Source: Butyrivibrio sp. (GTDB lineage Bacteria > Bacillota > Clostridia > Lachnospirales > Lachnospiraceae). Taken from it: DNA of 64,000 nucleotides. Of the stretch, positions 1 to 9,534 are shown in pieces. The stretch spans positions 1,671-65,670 of the forward strand of contig JAFUYO010000009.1 in NCBI GenBank assembly GCA_017470505.1, in the 5' to 3' direction. Position 1 is the stretch's first letter. Each line of letters opens with the position of its first letter. The translations under genes were made by a program, and so were the position numbers. Below the pieces are notes generated by a model, which was given only the letters and a program-made list of their open reading frames with translations, did no database searches and had not been told where the DNA came from.

Positions 1-832
1 CCGTCTTCTGTCTGGGACGCTTGTAGACAGAGAGCTTATTATATGCGCTGTCATATACCGTAATGGACTCGGGGTTATTGATATTCTCGACGACTATATA
101 ACCCTTGTTGCCGTATATGACGCCTTTTCGGTCGCTGCAGGAAAGAGCTGTCGCATTGAGAATGGCCATCCTGCCGTTTGAATACCTGAGCGTAATGGAG
201 TCCTGCATATCAATTCCGAGGTTGTTAAATGTACATATTGATGCGATATCCGATACGTCATTGCCAAATACCATAGAGGCAAAATTGAGAACGTACACAC
301 CAAGATCGAGCAGAGCTCCTCCACCCAGCTCAGGCTGGTGTATCCTGTCCTTGTAGGAAATATTGTAGCCCAGATTTGCAGTCAGCATCGTAGGCTCTCC
401 GATAACGTTGCTCGCAAGAACTTCCAGGAGCTTGTGCCTCATCGGCATATATCTGGTCCAGATAGCCTCAGTTAAAAGAAGCTTTTTCTCCTCAGCCATG
501 GCAAAGACCTCTCTGGCCTGCTCCTCATTGAGCATGAATGCCTTCTCGCAGATAACATGCCTGCCTGCAGAGAGCGCGAGCTTCACATTTTCAAAATGTT
601 CGGAGTGGGGCGTCGCCACGTATACCAGGTCAACCTTGGGGTCACTTACCAGCTCCGCATACGAACCATAGGCCTTCTTTACGCCATATTTCTGCGCAAA
701 AGCCGCCGCATTTTCCATGGTCCTCGAGCCAACAGCATAGCAGGTCACACCCTTCATGCTCTTTAACGTCTCAGCCATGACTGAAGCTATCTTACCTGTC
801 CCCATAATGGCGACTTTTGTACGTCCAAACAT
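1..832 (-). CDS. Gfo/Idh/MocA family oxidoreductase (3' end runs off the window)
   Basis: Not in the ORF track. Manual translation from ATG at 832 gives MFGRTKVAIMGTGKIA...YAVGSR (Rossmann GxGxxA), later HVICEKAF and EAIWTRY. GGAGG RBS at 840-844. Confidence 0.85.
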   Translation of the reverse strand, partial: MFGRTKVAIMGTGKIASVMAETLKSMKGVTCYAVGSRTMENAAAFAQKYGVKKAYGSYAELVSDPKVDLVYVATPHSEHFENVKLALSAGRHVICEKAFMLNEEQAREVFAMAEEKKLLLTEAIWTRYMPMRHKLLEVLASNVIGEPTMLTANLGYNISYKDRIHQPELGGGALLDLGVYVLNFASMVFGNDVSDIASICTFNNLGIDMQDSITLRYSNGRMAILNATALSCSDRKGVIYGNKGYIVVENINNPESITVYDSAYNKLSVYKRPRQKT

Positions 833-854
833 CCATGCACCTCCGGACAATTCC

Positions 855-2246
855 TTACTGTCTCAAAAACTCTGATTTGATATATCCCGTATTCTTATTA
901 TACTCTACTTTTGCCCAGCCATTCGTGTATTGTTCGATAACGTTTACAGTAGCTCCGGCAAAAATGGTCGTGATGGAATCGGTGTCCGTGCCGGGTCCCT
1001 TTCTGAGCTTTATCGACTCCTCGACAACAATCTTCCCTGTCTTGGCAGAAGATATGACTTCTGACGAAGAGGATTTCGAAGAAGATGATGAAGTCGATGT
1101 TGATGAATCAGATGCAGACGCCAAAGTTTCGTCAGTAGTTGAGGCTGAAGATGCGGCATCTGATGAAGCGGTCTGCTTCTCATCTTCAGATGAAGATGCT
1201 TCTGAAGACGTTTCCTGCTCATCAGTTTCTTCTTTTTCAACTTCCACGGTCTCAGATGAAACCACATCAAAGAACTCAGTCTTTACATAGGCCTCCGCCC
1301 CGTTGTACTCTATCCTGCTCCAGCCGTTTGCGAGCGCCTCAAGCTCCCTGAACTCCTGTCCCTTCTCGGTTCGTGAGATCACATCAGCAGTCTCTGAATC
1401 CGAGCTCCTGATATTGATGACGTCTGTCGCCCTGATGGTCCTGATTGTGACAGTGTTCTCTTCTTCTGTTTCCTCTGCGGACTCCTCTTCAGATGAGCTG
1501 TCTGTCGATGCTCCCTCCGAAGTTGCGAGTGCCTCTCCCACGGATACCTGCAGTCCTGAGCGCATTTTCGTCAGGAGCTCAGCGAGCTTCTCATCTCCGC
1601 TGACCATCTCGTTGTAGCTCGATGCCACCTTGTTGTTAAGGTCTATTACGTCAGACTGCACATTGATCTGTTTCAGATAGTCTATCTCGTTGGTATCTGC
1701 AATATCGCCGTTGATGTAAAGATTCCCGTTTTCGTCCGTACAGATGTAGAGAGTCTCAAGTCCGGGAACGTTTCCTTCATAATCGTACAGCTTGACCTCA
1801 TTGTACACGTATGCCACGTAGCTGCCATCAACCGGGCCGGGCTTGGTATAGACGGTTATGTTATCAAATTTCTCGATATACTCGGAAGCTGCGACCGCCT
1901 TCAATATCTCCGTGTCGTCCAGGCCCTTGTATATCTGTGATATTGTCTCTGAATCACCCTCGGCGGAAGCTTCATAATACTTCTCAACCAGCGCGTTGAC
2001 TTCCGGATACGCATTTTCCTCCATGGTAGCATCCGGCACTTCAAAGCTTGAAGCCTCTGCATCTGCCGCGCTTGTCTGGGAGAGTTTGTCCTCTCTGTGC
2101 CCCGCCGACAGCGCAACTGCCACCGTGATGATGACCGCTACTACCAGTATGAGCGGCATCAGATATTTCTTATTATCCTCAAGGAATGCGGATATATCCT
2201 TCTTTTCATTTCTCCAGTTTGCAACACCATTATCTTTTCTTTTCAT
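855..2246 (-). CDS. Membrane-anchored protein with two bacterial SH3 (SH3b) domains
   Basis: N-terminal TM segment (YLMPLILVVAVIITVAVAL). SH3b motifs INIRSS...NGWSRIEYNG.EAYVK and IKLRKGPGT...NGWAKVEYN..GYIKSEFL. Ser/Glu-rich linkers. Confidence 0.85.
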   Translation of the reverse strand: MKRKDNGVANWRNEKKDISAFLEDNKKYLMPLILVVAVIITVAVALSAGHREDKLSQTSAADAEASSFEVPDATMEENAYPEVNALVEKYYEASAEGDSETISQIYKGLDDTEILKAVAASEYIEKFDNITVYTKPGPVDGSYVAYVYNEVKLYDYEGNVPGLETLYICTDENGNLYINGDIADTNEIDYLKQINVQSDVIDLNNKVASSYNEMVSGDEKLAELLTKMRSGLQVSVGEALATSEGASTDSSSEEESAEETEEENTVTIRTIRATDVINIRSSDSETADVISRTEKGQEFRELEALANGWSRIEYNGAEAYVKTEFFDVVSSETVEVEKEETDEQETSSEASSSEDEKQTASSDAASSASTTDETLASASDSSTSTSSSSSKSSSSEVISSAKTGKIVVEESIKLRKGPGTDTDSITTIFAGATVNVIEQYTNGWAKVEYNKNTGYIKSEFLRQ

Positions 2247-2287
2247 AAAAAACCTCTAAAAGTCCTTGTAAATTCTACAACATACTG

Positions 2288-2316
2288 ATTTTATATATAA
2301 AATAAGGTCAAGTCAA
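2288..2316 (-). promoter_or_regulatory. sigma70/sigmaA promoter of the SH3 gene
   Basis: TTGACT-N17-TAAAAT on the minus strand. Confidence 0.6.
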
Positions 2317-2318
2317 GT

Positions 2319-2347
2319 TTGCCGCATATCTTCACATGTGATAAAAT
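2319..2347 (+). promoter_or_regulatory. sigmaA promoter of tRNA-Arg
   Basis: TTGCCG-N17-TAAAAT with an extended -10 TG, 10 nt upstream of the tRNA. Confidence 0.65.
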
Positions 2348-2357
2348 AAATTTATGC

Positions 2358-2429
2358 GCACCCGTAGTCTAATGGATAAAACGTAGGCCTCCGACGCCTT
2401 TGTTGCTGGTTCGAGTCCAGTCGGGTGCA
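2358..2429 (+). tRNA. tRNA-Arg(CCG), CCA not encoded
   Basis: Acceptor stem GCACCCG/CGGGTGC, D-arm TAGTCTAATGGATAAAAC, anticodon arm AGGC-CTCCGAC-GCCT, T-loop GGTTCGAGTCC. Confidence 0.93.
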
Positions 2430-2472
2430 TTTTTCATGTCCGGGTGAGGATATACGCCGTATATGACATCAT

Positions 2473-3369
2473 TCATGAAGCCTCTTTTACGATGAAGATA
2501 TGGTCAGTCTCCCTGTCGTATCTGTAGAGGTTGTAGCTCAATATCTCCTCCTCGGCAACCGTAGAGCTGTTGACTTCTCTTATTATCTGCTTTAACGCAT
2601 CCGGCTCAACCACCGCTCCCGGGTCGGGGATTATCAGCATCTCATGTATCGATGAGGGTATGAGAAACAAATCGCACTCAAAGGCGTCCGACATCTGCCT
2701 CATCACTCCCGGATAAAAGGCTGCCCCTGCCCCCAGATTGCCGCTGTCGTTACTGATGACAAAGATGCTGCCCATCTCATCGCTCTCAACAGGTGTATGC
2801 GTGATATTCTCAAGCACATCGACCATTGCCTCAGTCTTGGGAGGACAGACCTTCGCAGCGTTTTCTCCAATTACTTCCCACAGCTCGTCCTCTGTTATCT
2901 CCCACACATCGAGGTGAGACTTCTCTATGGTGATCGTGCCAATTCCCAAGCTACTGCTCTTTACAAGGCACAGGGGAACCATTGCAAGATCCAGCACCTT
3001 CCTGTAAGGAACCTTCTCAAGTTTACTCTTGTTCTTTCTGTAGTTTACCACCTTGAAAAAGAGGTTCTCCGACGCCCTTGAAAAATCCGTGAACGCCTCT
3101 ATGTCTATCTCGTTTCCGGGCATTGATTGCCTGTATATTTCCACTATGTCACCGGCAAGACTTACGACGCTGCATCCCTCAAGGTACCTGTCAAACATCT
3201 GGTCCAGATATATCGTGGGCGCCACCGACTCATCCTCTCTCCTGATAACAATTGCATGGTAGACAACACCGTTGTTCTTGACTATATCCCTGCACTCAAC
3301 CAAATGACCTTTCCCAAGGGCGCTCTTAACTTCTCTTACCATCATCTCTCCAAACTCTCTTATTTCCAT
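2473..3369 (-). CDS. DUF5688-like family protein
   Basis: Motifs VKNNGV, APTIYLD, DLAMV, LFLIPSSIHEMLIIP and EVN...V..EEILS.NLYRYD are characteristic of this clostridial family. Confidence 0.75.
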   Translation of the reverse strand: MEIREFGEMMVREVKSALGKGHLVECRDIVKNNGVVYHAIVIRREDESVAPTIYLDQMFDRYLEGCSVVSLAGDIVEIYRQSMPGNEIDIEAFTDFSRASENLFFKVVNYRKNKSKLEKVPYRKVLDLAMVPLCLVKSSSLGIGTITIEKSHLDVWEITEDELWEVIGENAAKVCPPKTEAMVDVLENITHTPVESDEMGSIFVISNDSGNLGAGAAFYPGVMRQMSDAFECDLFLIPSSIHEMLIIPDPGAVVEPDALKQIIREVNSSTVAEEEILSYNLYRYDRETDHIFIVKEAS

Positions 3370-3416
3370 ATCTGTTTTCTCCTTTTTGTATTATTAGTTG
3401 TTAAAAAAATCAGTAC

Positions 3417-3462
3417 AAAAAAAAGACAATAGAATACGCTTATCACGAACTCTATTGTCTTA
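3417..3462 (-). terminator. Intrinsic terminator downstream of efp
   Basis: AGACAATAGA/TCTATTGTCT stem followed by a U-run on the minus strand. Confidence 0.7.
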
Positions 3463-3503
3463 TAATAGTTTCTTTCTGTGTCAGATATGGTTAACGCTTT
3501 GTA

Positions 3504-4061
3504 TCAGACTCTTGAGAGATACTCTCCTGTTCTGGTGTCGATCTTGATGACATCTCCCTCGTTAACAAAGAGAGGAACTGCTACTGTAGCACCTGTCTCA
3601 ACTGTTGCAGGCTTGGTAGCACCTGTTGCTGTATCACCCTTGAAGCCGGGCTCTGTCTCGGATATTGCGAGCTCTACGAACATAGGAGGCTCAACTGCGA
3701 ATACGGATCCGTTGTATGATGAAATCTTGCAAACCTCGTTCTCCTTGACGAACTTGAGTGAATCGCCAACCTGATCGGAAGTAAGACCGATCTGCTCATA
3801 GGTCTCTGAATCCATAAAGTTGTAAATATCTCCATCCTGATAGAGATACTGCATATCCTTCTTGTCGATCCTTGCTGCGGGGAACTTCTCAGTGGGACGG
3901 AATGTTGTCTCCTTAACACCACCGTTGATGATGTCCTTGAGCTTGGTCCTTACAAATGCAGCACCCTTTCCGGGCTTAACATGCTGAAATTCAATAATCT
4001 GACATACGTTGCCATCGATTTCGATGGTCATACCATTTCTGAAATCACTTGCAGAAATCAT
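3504..4061 (-). CDS. efp: Translation elongation factor P
   Basis: [36 protein letters not shown]. Confidence 0.98.
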   Translation of the reverse strand: MISASDFRNGMTIEIDGNVCQIIEFQHVKPGKGAAFVRTKLKDIINGGVKETTFRPTEKFPAARIDKKDMQYLYQDGDIYNFMDSETYEQIGLTSDQVGDSLKFVKENEVCKISSYNGSVFAVEPPMFVELAISETEPGFKGDTATGATKPATVETGATVAVPLFVNEGDVIKIDTRTGEYLSRV

Positions 4062-4104
4062 ATAAATCCTCCTAAATTACATTACATCAAATAACTTAGA
4101 TATT

Positions 4105-4539
4105 TTAAACCATTTTGTGTATCATGTCAATCGCTTCTGTATAACCGGCAAGTCCGTGCCCGTAGATCTGCGCATCGCAGGCAGGTGCCGTCACCGATAC
4201 CTTCCGGAATTCCTCCCTGTTCTGAATGTCCGAGATGTGGACTTCGATCTTTATTATATCCTCGAGGCTCTTTAGGGCGTCGTGGATGGCGTAGCTGTAA
4301 TGGGTGTACGCCCCGGGATTGATCACAATTCCCCTCGTCCCGTCGCTGTAGGCCTCCTGAAGCCTGTCGATGATGGCGCCTTCGTGATTTGACTGAAAAA
4401 GAACAACCTCATCTTCCATCTCGTCAGCCTTTTTTTGGATCATATTGCAGAGAAAGTTATAGTCCTGATTTCCGTACACTGCCTTTTCCCTGATCCCGAG
4501 AAAATTCAGGTTCGGCCCGTTTATAACCAAAATCTTCAT
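4105..4539 (-). CDS. aroQ: Type II 3-dehydroquinate dehydratase
   Basis: INGPNLNFLG.RE, QSNHEG, INPGAYTHYS, EVHISDI..RE.FR. Start moved to ATG 4539 (AAGGAG RBS). Confidence 0.95.
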   Translation of the reverse strand: MKILVINGPNLNFLGIREKAVYGNQDYNFLCNMIQKKADEMEDEVVLFQSNHEGAIIDRLQEAYSDGTRGIVINPGAYTHYSYAIHDALKSLEDIIKIEVHISDIQNREEFRKVSVTAPACDAQIYGHGLAGYTEAIDMIHKMV

Positions 4540-4556
4540 AAAAATACTCCTTAACA

Positions 4557-5105
4557 TCAAACCCAGGTTACCCTTACATTCCTGTAGAGGGCAGTTATGT
4601 CTCCGTACTGCATAAATCCGGCATTTCCACCAGTAAGTACATCACCATACTCCGTCCCGTCATCATGGTAGAAAAGTGTCACAAGCCCATTCACAGAAAA
4701 AGTAACATCCCACTCCTTCTTTAAAAGAGCCATTTTGTACCAAAGATCTGTCTCTGTGCTCTGAATCTTCAGCCCTCCTTCTGTGACACTCGGGATCGGG
4801 TCGGCTCCCGCGGATACAACCTGTCCTCCCGGCTCCTTTATGAGCCTTACCGCATGAAAAAACCTGCTTTCCTCGCTGCTTCTGTTGAAAAACTCAAGGC
4901 AGAACTCCCTTCCGTCCCTTTCCGCAAAGGACAGGACTGCGCGCCCGTCATCAGATAGAGGTCTGAACTCCCACTCTATCATCACATCAGAAGGGAGGAC
5001 CTTGGGGATAAACCTGCCGCCACTGCCGCTCCCGACTCCGCGCAGTTCAAACTCTTCAGTATTCTCGTATATTATTGTAGCCATCTGATTACTTTTTTCC
5101 TTCAC
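4557..5105 (-). CDS. YesU/DUF1961-like protein
   Basis: P.DV.IEWEFRPL and DDGTEYG.VLTGG..GF.Q resemble the DUF1961 family. Confidence 0.6.
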   Translation of the reverse strand: MKEKSNQMATIIYENTEEFELRGVGSGSGGRFIPKVLPSDVMIEWEFRPLSDDGRAVLSFAERDGREFCLEFFNRSSEESRFFHAVRLIKEPGGQVVSAGADPIPSVTEGGLKIQSTETDLWYKMALLKKEWDVTFSVNGLVTLFYHDDGTEYGDVLTGGNAGFMQYGDITALYRNVRVTWV

Positions 5106-5125
5106 ATCTTTTAAAGTGCGTTTCC

Positions 5126-8100
5126 TTATATTTTCGCGATGTCGATGAGCTCAAGCCCCTCCTCGGTGCTCGCGCTCTCAAGGCTCGACACAAGCGCCCT
5201 CGCGGTGTCAAGCGCAGTTATCACATTTACGCCCGTCTCGATGGCAGTTCGCCTTATAAGGAAGCCGTCCCTTGTTTTGTCGCGCCCCTGGGTCGGAGTG
5301 TCGATCACAAGATCGATCCTGTGACCCAGTATGAGGTCTATGACAGTTGGCGACTCCTGACTTATCCTGTTTATACGCCTCGCTTTCACGCCGTTATCTA
5401 TCAAGGTCTCAGCTGTGGACCTTGTGGCGTAGATGATATAGCCGAGCTTTTCGTAGCGCCTTGCTATCTCTATGACTTCGCCCTTGTCCGCATCCTTTAC
5501 CGTGATTATCATCTGCCTGTGTTTTGGGAGCTTTACTCCCGCGCCGAGAAAAGCCTTGTACAGAGCTTCATTAAAGCTTTTGCTGATCCCGAGGCACTCT
5601 CCGGTACTCTTCATCTCAGGTCCAAGGCTGATCTCCGCTCCCCTTATCTTTTCAAAGGAAAAGACAGGCATCTTGACAGCGACGTATCCGGCCTCTTTTT
5701 GAAGCCCCGGCGTGTATCCCATGTCCTTTAGCTTCTCTCCGAGCATCACCCTCGCAGCGAGATCCACGATAGGTATTCCCGTGACCTTGCTGATATACGG
5801 AACGGTCCTCGAGGATCTGGGATTTGCTTCTATGATGTACACTTCATCTCCAACCGCGATGAACTGGATGTTGACGAGACCTATGACGTGCAGGGCCTTG
5901 GAGAGTCTCTTCGTGTACTCCGCGATCGTCTCTTTTACCTTATCAGAGAGCGACTGGGCAGGATATACCGATATCGAGTCTCCCGAGTGGATACCAGACC
6001 TCTCGATGTGCTCCATTATACCGGGGATGACGATTGTCTCCCCGTCACAGACCGCATCGACCTCGGTCTCGATTCCCTGTAGGTACTTATCGACGAGGAT
6101 AGGATGGTCCTGGGCGTACCTGTTTATGATGTTCATGAACTCCTCGATCTCAGAGTCAGAAATAGCTATCTGCATCCCCTGACCTCCAAGTACGTAGGAG
6201 GGACGGACAAGCACAGGGTACCCGAGTCTGTTTGCGACCTCCTTGGCCTCATCTGCAGTATATACAGTTGCGCCCTCAGCTCGCTTTATGCCGGTCTCTT
6301 CGAGTATCCGGTCAAAGATCTCCCTGTCCTCGGCAGCGTCGACGTCAGAGGCATCAGTTCCGTATATCTTTACCCCCATCTCCATGAGGTCCTGGGTGAG
6401 CTTTATCGCGGTCTGTCCGCCGAACTGCACAACCGCTCCGTCAGGCTTTTCAAGCTTTACGATGTTCTCGACATCCTCAGGTGTCAATGGCTCAAAATAG
6501 AGCTTGTCAGCGATGTCGAAGTCCGTGCTGACGGTCTCGGGATTGTTGTTTATGATTATCGTCTCAAATCCGGCCCTCTTAAATGCCCAGGTCGCATGTA
6601 CCGAGCAGTAGTCGAACTCGATACCCTGACCTATCCTGATCGGGCCAGAGCCCAGGACCAGGATCTTCTTTTTGCCGGAATCAGTTTTTATGAGAGCTTC
6701 ATCCTCTGAGTCAGGGCCGTTGTAGACAGAGTAGTAATAAGGGGTTTCGGCCTCAAACTCCGCGGCACAGGTGTCAACTATCTTGTATGAAGCAGCAATC
6801 TTGTAGAAGTCCCGAAGCTGTTTTAAAACCTTTACGGTAAACCTTGTGAAGCGGCTTATAACGCTGTCGGGAAACTCAAGGCGCTTGGCTTCGAGCATGG
6901 TATCAAAGCTGATTATCTTTTTGGCATCTTCAAGTGTTCCATACTTACCCTCGGTGTTCTTCTCTCCTGCCCTTAAGAGCCTTAGCTCCATCTTGACCAG
7001 GGTGTGGAGCTTGTCAATAAACCACGGGTCTATCTGTGTGATGCCGTGTATATCCTCATGGCTCATTCCGCGCCGCAGGGCCTCTGCGATGACCCATATC
7101 CTCTGATCGTCCACAACCCCCAGCCTGTCTGTAAGCTCATCGTCGTCGAGCTCTGAGAAGTCATAGCTTGTCAGGCAGTCCACGTGCTGTTCGAGGGAGC
7201 GGATTGCCTTCATCATCGCACCCTCAAAGTTCGTACAGATGCTCATGACTTCACCCGTTGCCTTCATCTGTGTGGTGAGGGTCCTCTTGGCGGTTATGAA
7301 CTTGTCAAACGGAAGACGCGGGAACTTGACTACGCAGTAATCAAGCGCAGGCTCAAAGCTCGCAAAGGTCTTTCCTGTTATCGCGTTTTTGATCTCATCC
7401 AGGGTATAGCCGAGAGCTATCTTGGCCGCCACCTTGGCTATCGGGTAGCCGGTCGCCTTGCTTGCAAGGGCTGAGGACCTGCTGACTCTCGGATTCACCT
7501 CGATGACGCAGTACTCAAAGCTTGTCGGGTGCAGCGCAAACTGGACGTTACAGCCTCCCGTTATCTTAAGCTCGTCTATGATATTAAGAGCGGCGCTCCT
7601 AAGCATCTGATACTCTTTGTCAGTGAGGGTCTGGGAGGGGGCTACTACAATGGAGTCGCCCGTGTGAACTCCTACAGGGTCAATGTTCTCCATGTTGCAG
7701 ACAGTTATGCAATTGCCTGCGCCATCCCTCATCACCTCGTACTCGATCTCTTTCCATCCGGCAATGCACCTCTCGACAAGCACCTCGTTGGCCCTTGAGA
7801 GTCTGAGTCCGTTCTTTAATATCTCCTCGCACTCTGACCGGTTGCGAGCGATACCGCCGCCGCTGCCGCCCAATGTGTACGCGGGACGCAGCACCACCGG
7901 GTATCCGATCTTTTTGGCAAAAGAAACTCCGTCCTCAACATTATGCACAACCAGAGATGCTGCGCAGGGCTCACCTATTTTTTCCATGGTGTCCTTGAAC
8001 TCCTGCCTGTCCTCGGCCTTTCTGATGGTCTCGGCAGTTGTGCCAAGGAGCTTCACATTATGACTCTTTAAAAAGCCTGACTCGTCGAGCTCCATTCCAA

Positions 8101-8392
8101 GGTTAAGTCCCGCCTGGCCTCCCAGTGTCGGAAGAATGGAATCGGGCTTTTCCTTCTCAATTATCTGCTCAAGCACTTTAACAGTGAGCGGCTCTATATA
8201 AACTTCGTCTGCGATGTCCTTGTCCGTCATGATGGTGGCAGGGTTTGAGTTTACCAGTACAACTTCAACCCCCTCCTCCTTTAAAGACCTGCAGGCCTGC
8301 GTTCCCGCGTAGTCAAACTCCGCAGCCTGGCCTATGACTATGGGTCCTGATCCGATCACAAGGACTTTTTTGACGTCTTTATTCTTTGGCAT
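5126..8392 (-). CDS. carB: Carbamoyl-phosphate synthase large subunit
   Basis: GSGPIVIGQAAEFDYAGTQAC, duplicated ATP-grasp halves, GSGPIRIGQGIEFDY, C-terminal MGS domain. Confidence 0.98.
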   Translation of the reverse strand: MPKNKDVKKVLVIGSGPIVIGQAAEFDYAGTQACRSLKEEGVEVVLVNSNPATIMTDKDIADEVYIEPLTVKVLEQIIEKEKPDSILPTLGGQAGLNLGMELDESGFLKSHNVKLLGTTAETIRKAEDRQEFKDTMEKIGEPCAASLVVHNVEDGVSFAKKIGYPVVLRPAYTLGGSGGGIARNRSECEEILKNGLRLSRANEVLVERCIAGWKEIEYEVMRDGAGNCITVCNMENIDPVGVHTGDSIVVAPSQTLTDKEYQMLRSAALNIIDELKITGGCNVQFALHPTSFEYCVIEVNPRVSRSSALASKATGYPIAKVAAKIALGYTLDEIKNAITGKTFASFEPALDYCVVKFPRLPFDKFITAKRTLTTQMKATGEVMSICTNFEGAMMKAIRSLEQHVDCLTSYDFSELDDDELTDRLGVVDDQRIWVIAEALRRGMSHEDIHGITQIDPWFIDKLHTLVKMELRLLRAGEKNTEGKYGTLEDAKKIISFDTMLEAKRLEFPDSVISRFTRFTVKVLKQLRDFYKIAASYKIVDTCAAEFEAETPYYYSVYNGPDSEDEALIKTDSGKKKILVLGSGPIRIGQGIEFDYCSVHATWAFKRAGFETIIINNNPETVSTDFDIADKLYFEPLTPEDVENIVKLEKPDGAVVQFGGQTAIKLTQDLMEMGVKIYGTDASDVDAAEDREIFDRILEETGIKRAEGATVYTADEAKEVANRLGYPVLVRPSYVLGGQGMQIAISDSEIEEFMNIINRYAQDHPILVDKYLQGIETEVDAVCDGETIVIPGIMEHIERSGIHSGDSISVYPAQSLSDKVKETIAEYTKRLSKALHVIGLVNIQFIAVGDEVYIIEANPRSSRTVPYISKVTGIPIVDLAARVMLGEKLKDMGYTPGLQKEAGYVAVKMPVFSFEKIRGAEISLGPEMKSTGECLGISKSFNEALYKAFLGAGVKLPKHRQMIITVKDADKGEVIEIARRYEKLGYIIYATRSTAETLIDNGVKARRINRISQESPTVIDLILGHRIDLVIDTPTQGRDKTRDGFLIRRTAIETGVNVITALDTARALVSSLESASTEEGLELIDIAKI

Positions 8393-8398
8393 TTTACC

Positions 8399-9520
8399 TT
8401 ATCTACCTTTCATCATCTGTATAAAACGGTCAAACAAAAAACCTGTGTCCTGAGGACCGGGGCAGGCCTCTGGGTGGAACTGGACGGTGAAGATGTTCTT
8501 GCCCACATACTTAAGCCCCTCGTTTGTCCCGTCGTTGACATTTATAAAAGCGGGCTCGGCTACAGACTTATCAAGCCTGTCAGTATCTACGACGTAGCCG
8601 TGGTTTTGGGATGATATGTAGACGCGCCCCGTCGCAAGGTCCTTTACGGGGTGATTTCCTCCCCTGTGTCCGTATTTGAGCTTATAGGTGTCAGCTCCCG
8701 TGGCAAGCGCCATGAGCTGGTGTCCAAGGCAGATTGCAAAGATCGGAACGTCAGAGTCGTAGAGCTTTTTTATCTCCTTTATGACGTTTTTGCACTCCTT
8801 GGGATCTCCGGGACCGTTTGATAGCATTATGCCATCAGGCTTACCTGAAAGAATCTCCTCGGCGGTTGTATCCTGGGGATAGATCGTGACCTCGCACCCC
8901 CTTGCAAGAAGGGCGTCGGATATATTTCTCTTGGCTCCGACGTCGAGGAGTGCAACCTTTAATCCCCTGCCATCAGTGTTATCTGCAATTGGCGGTATCT
9001 TTTCTCCCCTCTCACTTTTAGAAAAATAAGTCACCTTTTCAGGGCGCGATACCCTGGATACCACATCGCCTGTGGTATACGCCTTTATCCTGTCTTTGAC
9101 GCTCTCATAGGTGAGGTTTTCGTTTGTGGTTATGAGGCCGTTCATGGTTCCCTTTTCCCTCAGGATGCGCACCAGGGCTCTCGTATCAATACCCTCGATC
9201 CCGGGGATCTCATATTTTTCGAGAAACTCCTGTATGGACATATCGCACCGAAAGTTCGAGGGGATCCTTGAAAGCTCCCTCACAATAACGGCATCCACCC
9301 ATATCCTCTCAGACTCCATGTCGTCAAGGCATACGCCGTAGTTTCCTATCAGGGGATAGGTCATGCACACCGCCTGTCCCGCATAGGACGGATCGGTGAA
9401 AACCTCAGTGTATCCTGCTATGGACGTGTTAAAGACGATCTCGCTGATAACGTCTTTATCGGCGCCTATGTGCCTGCCGGCAAAGACGGTGCCGTCCTCC
9501 AAGATTAAAAATGCTTTCAT
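8399..9520 (-). CDS. carA: Carbamoyl-phosphate synthase small subunit
   Basis: TDPSYAGQ, SNGPGDP, ICLGHQL, HRGGNHPVK, QFHPEA. Start ATG 9520 with GGAGG RBS. Confidence 0.97.
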   Translation of the reverse strand: MKAFLILEDGTVFAGRHIGADKDVISEIVFNTSIAGYTEVFTDPSYAGQAVCMTYPLIGNYGVCLDDMESERIWVDAVIVRELSRIPSNFRCDMSIQEFLEKYEIPGIEGIDTRALVRILREKGTMNGLITTNENLTYESVKDRIKAYTTGDVVSRVSRPEKVTYFSKSERGEKIPPIADNTDGRGLKVALLDVGAKRNISDALLARGCEVTIYPQDTTAEEILSGKPDGIMLSNGPGDPKECKNVIKEIKKLYDSDVPIFAICLGHQLMALATGADTYKLKYGHRGGNHPVKDLATGRVYISSQNHGYVVDTDRLDKSVAEPAFINVNDGTNEGLKYVGKNIFTVQFHPEACPGPQDTGFLFDRFIQMMKGR

Positions 9521-9534
9521 GTTGCTCCTCCATA

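Noticed and set aside
94-766. Four short ORFs at the window start
   Set aside because: Shadows of the Gfo/Idh/MocA gene on the minus strand, which the ORF track missed because it runs off the edge.
2358-3369. Possible integrated element at tRNA-Arg (DUF5688 gene converging on its 3' end)
   Set aside because: No integrase, no duplicated tRNA 3' end, composition like the core genes, and efp follows directly.
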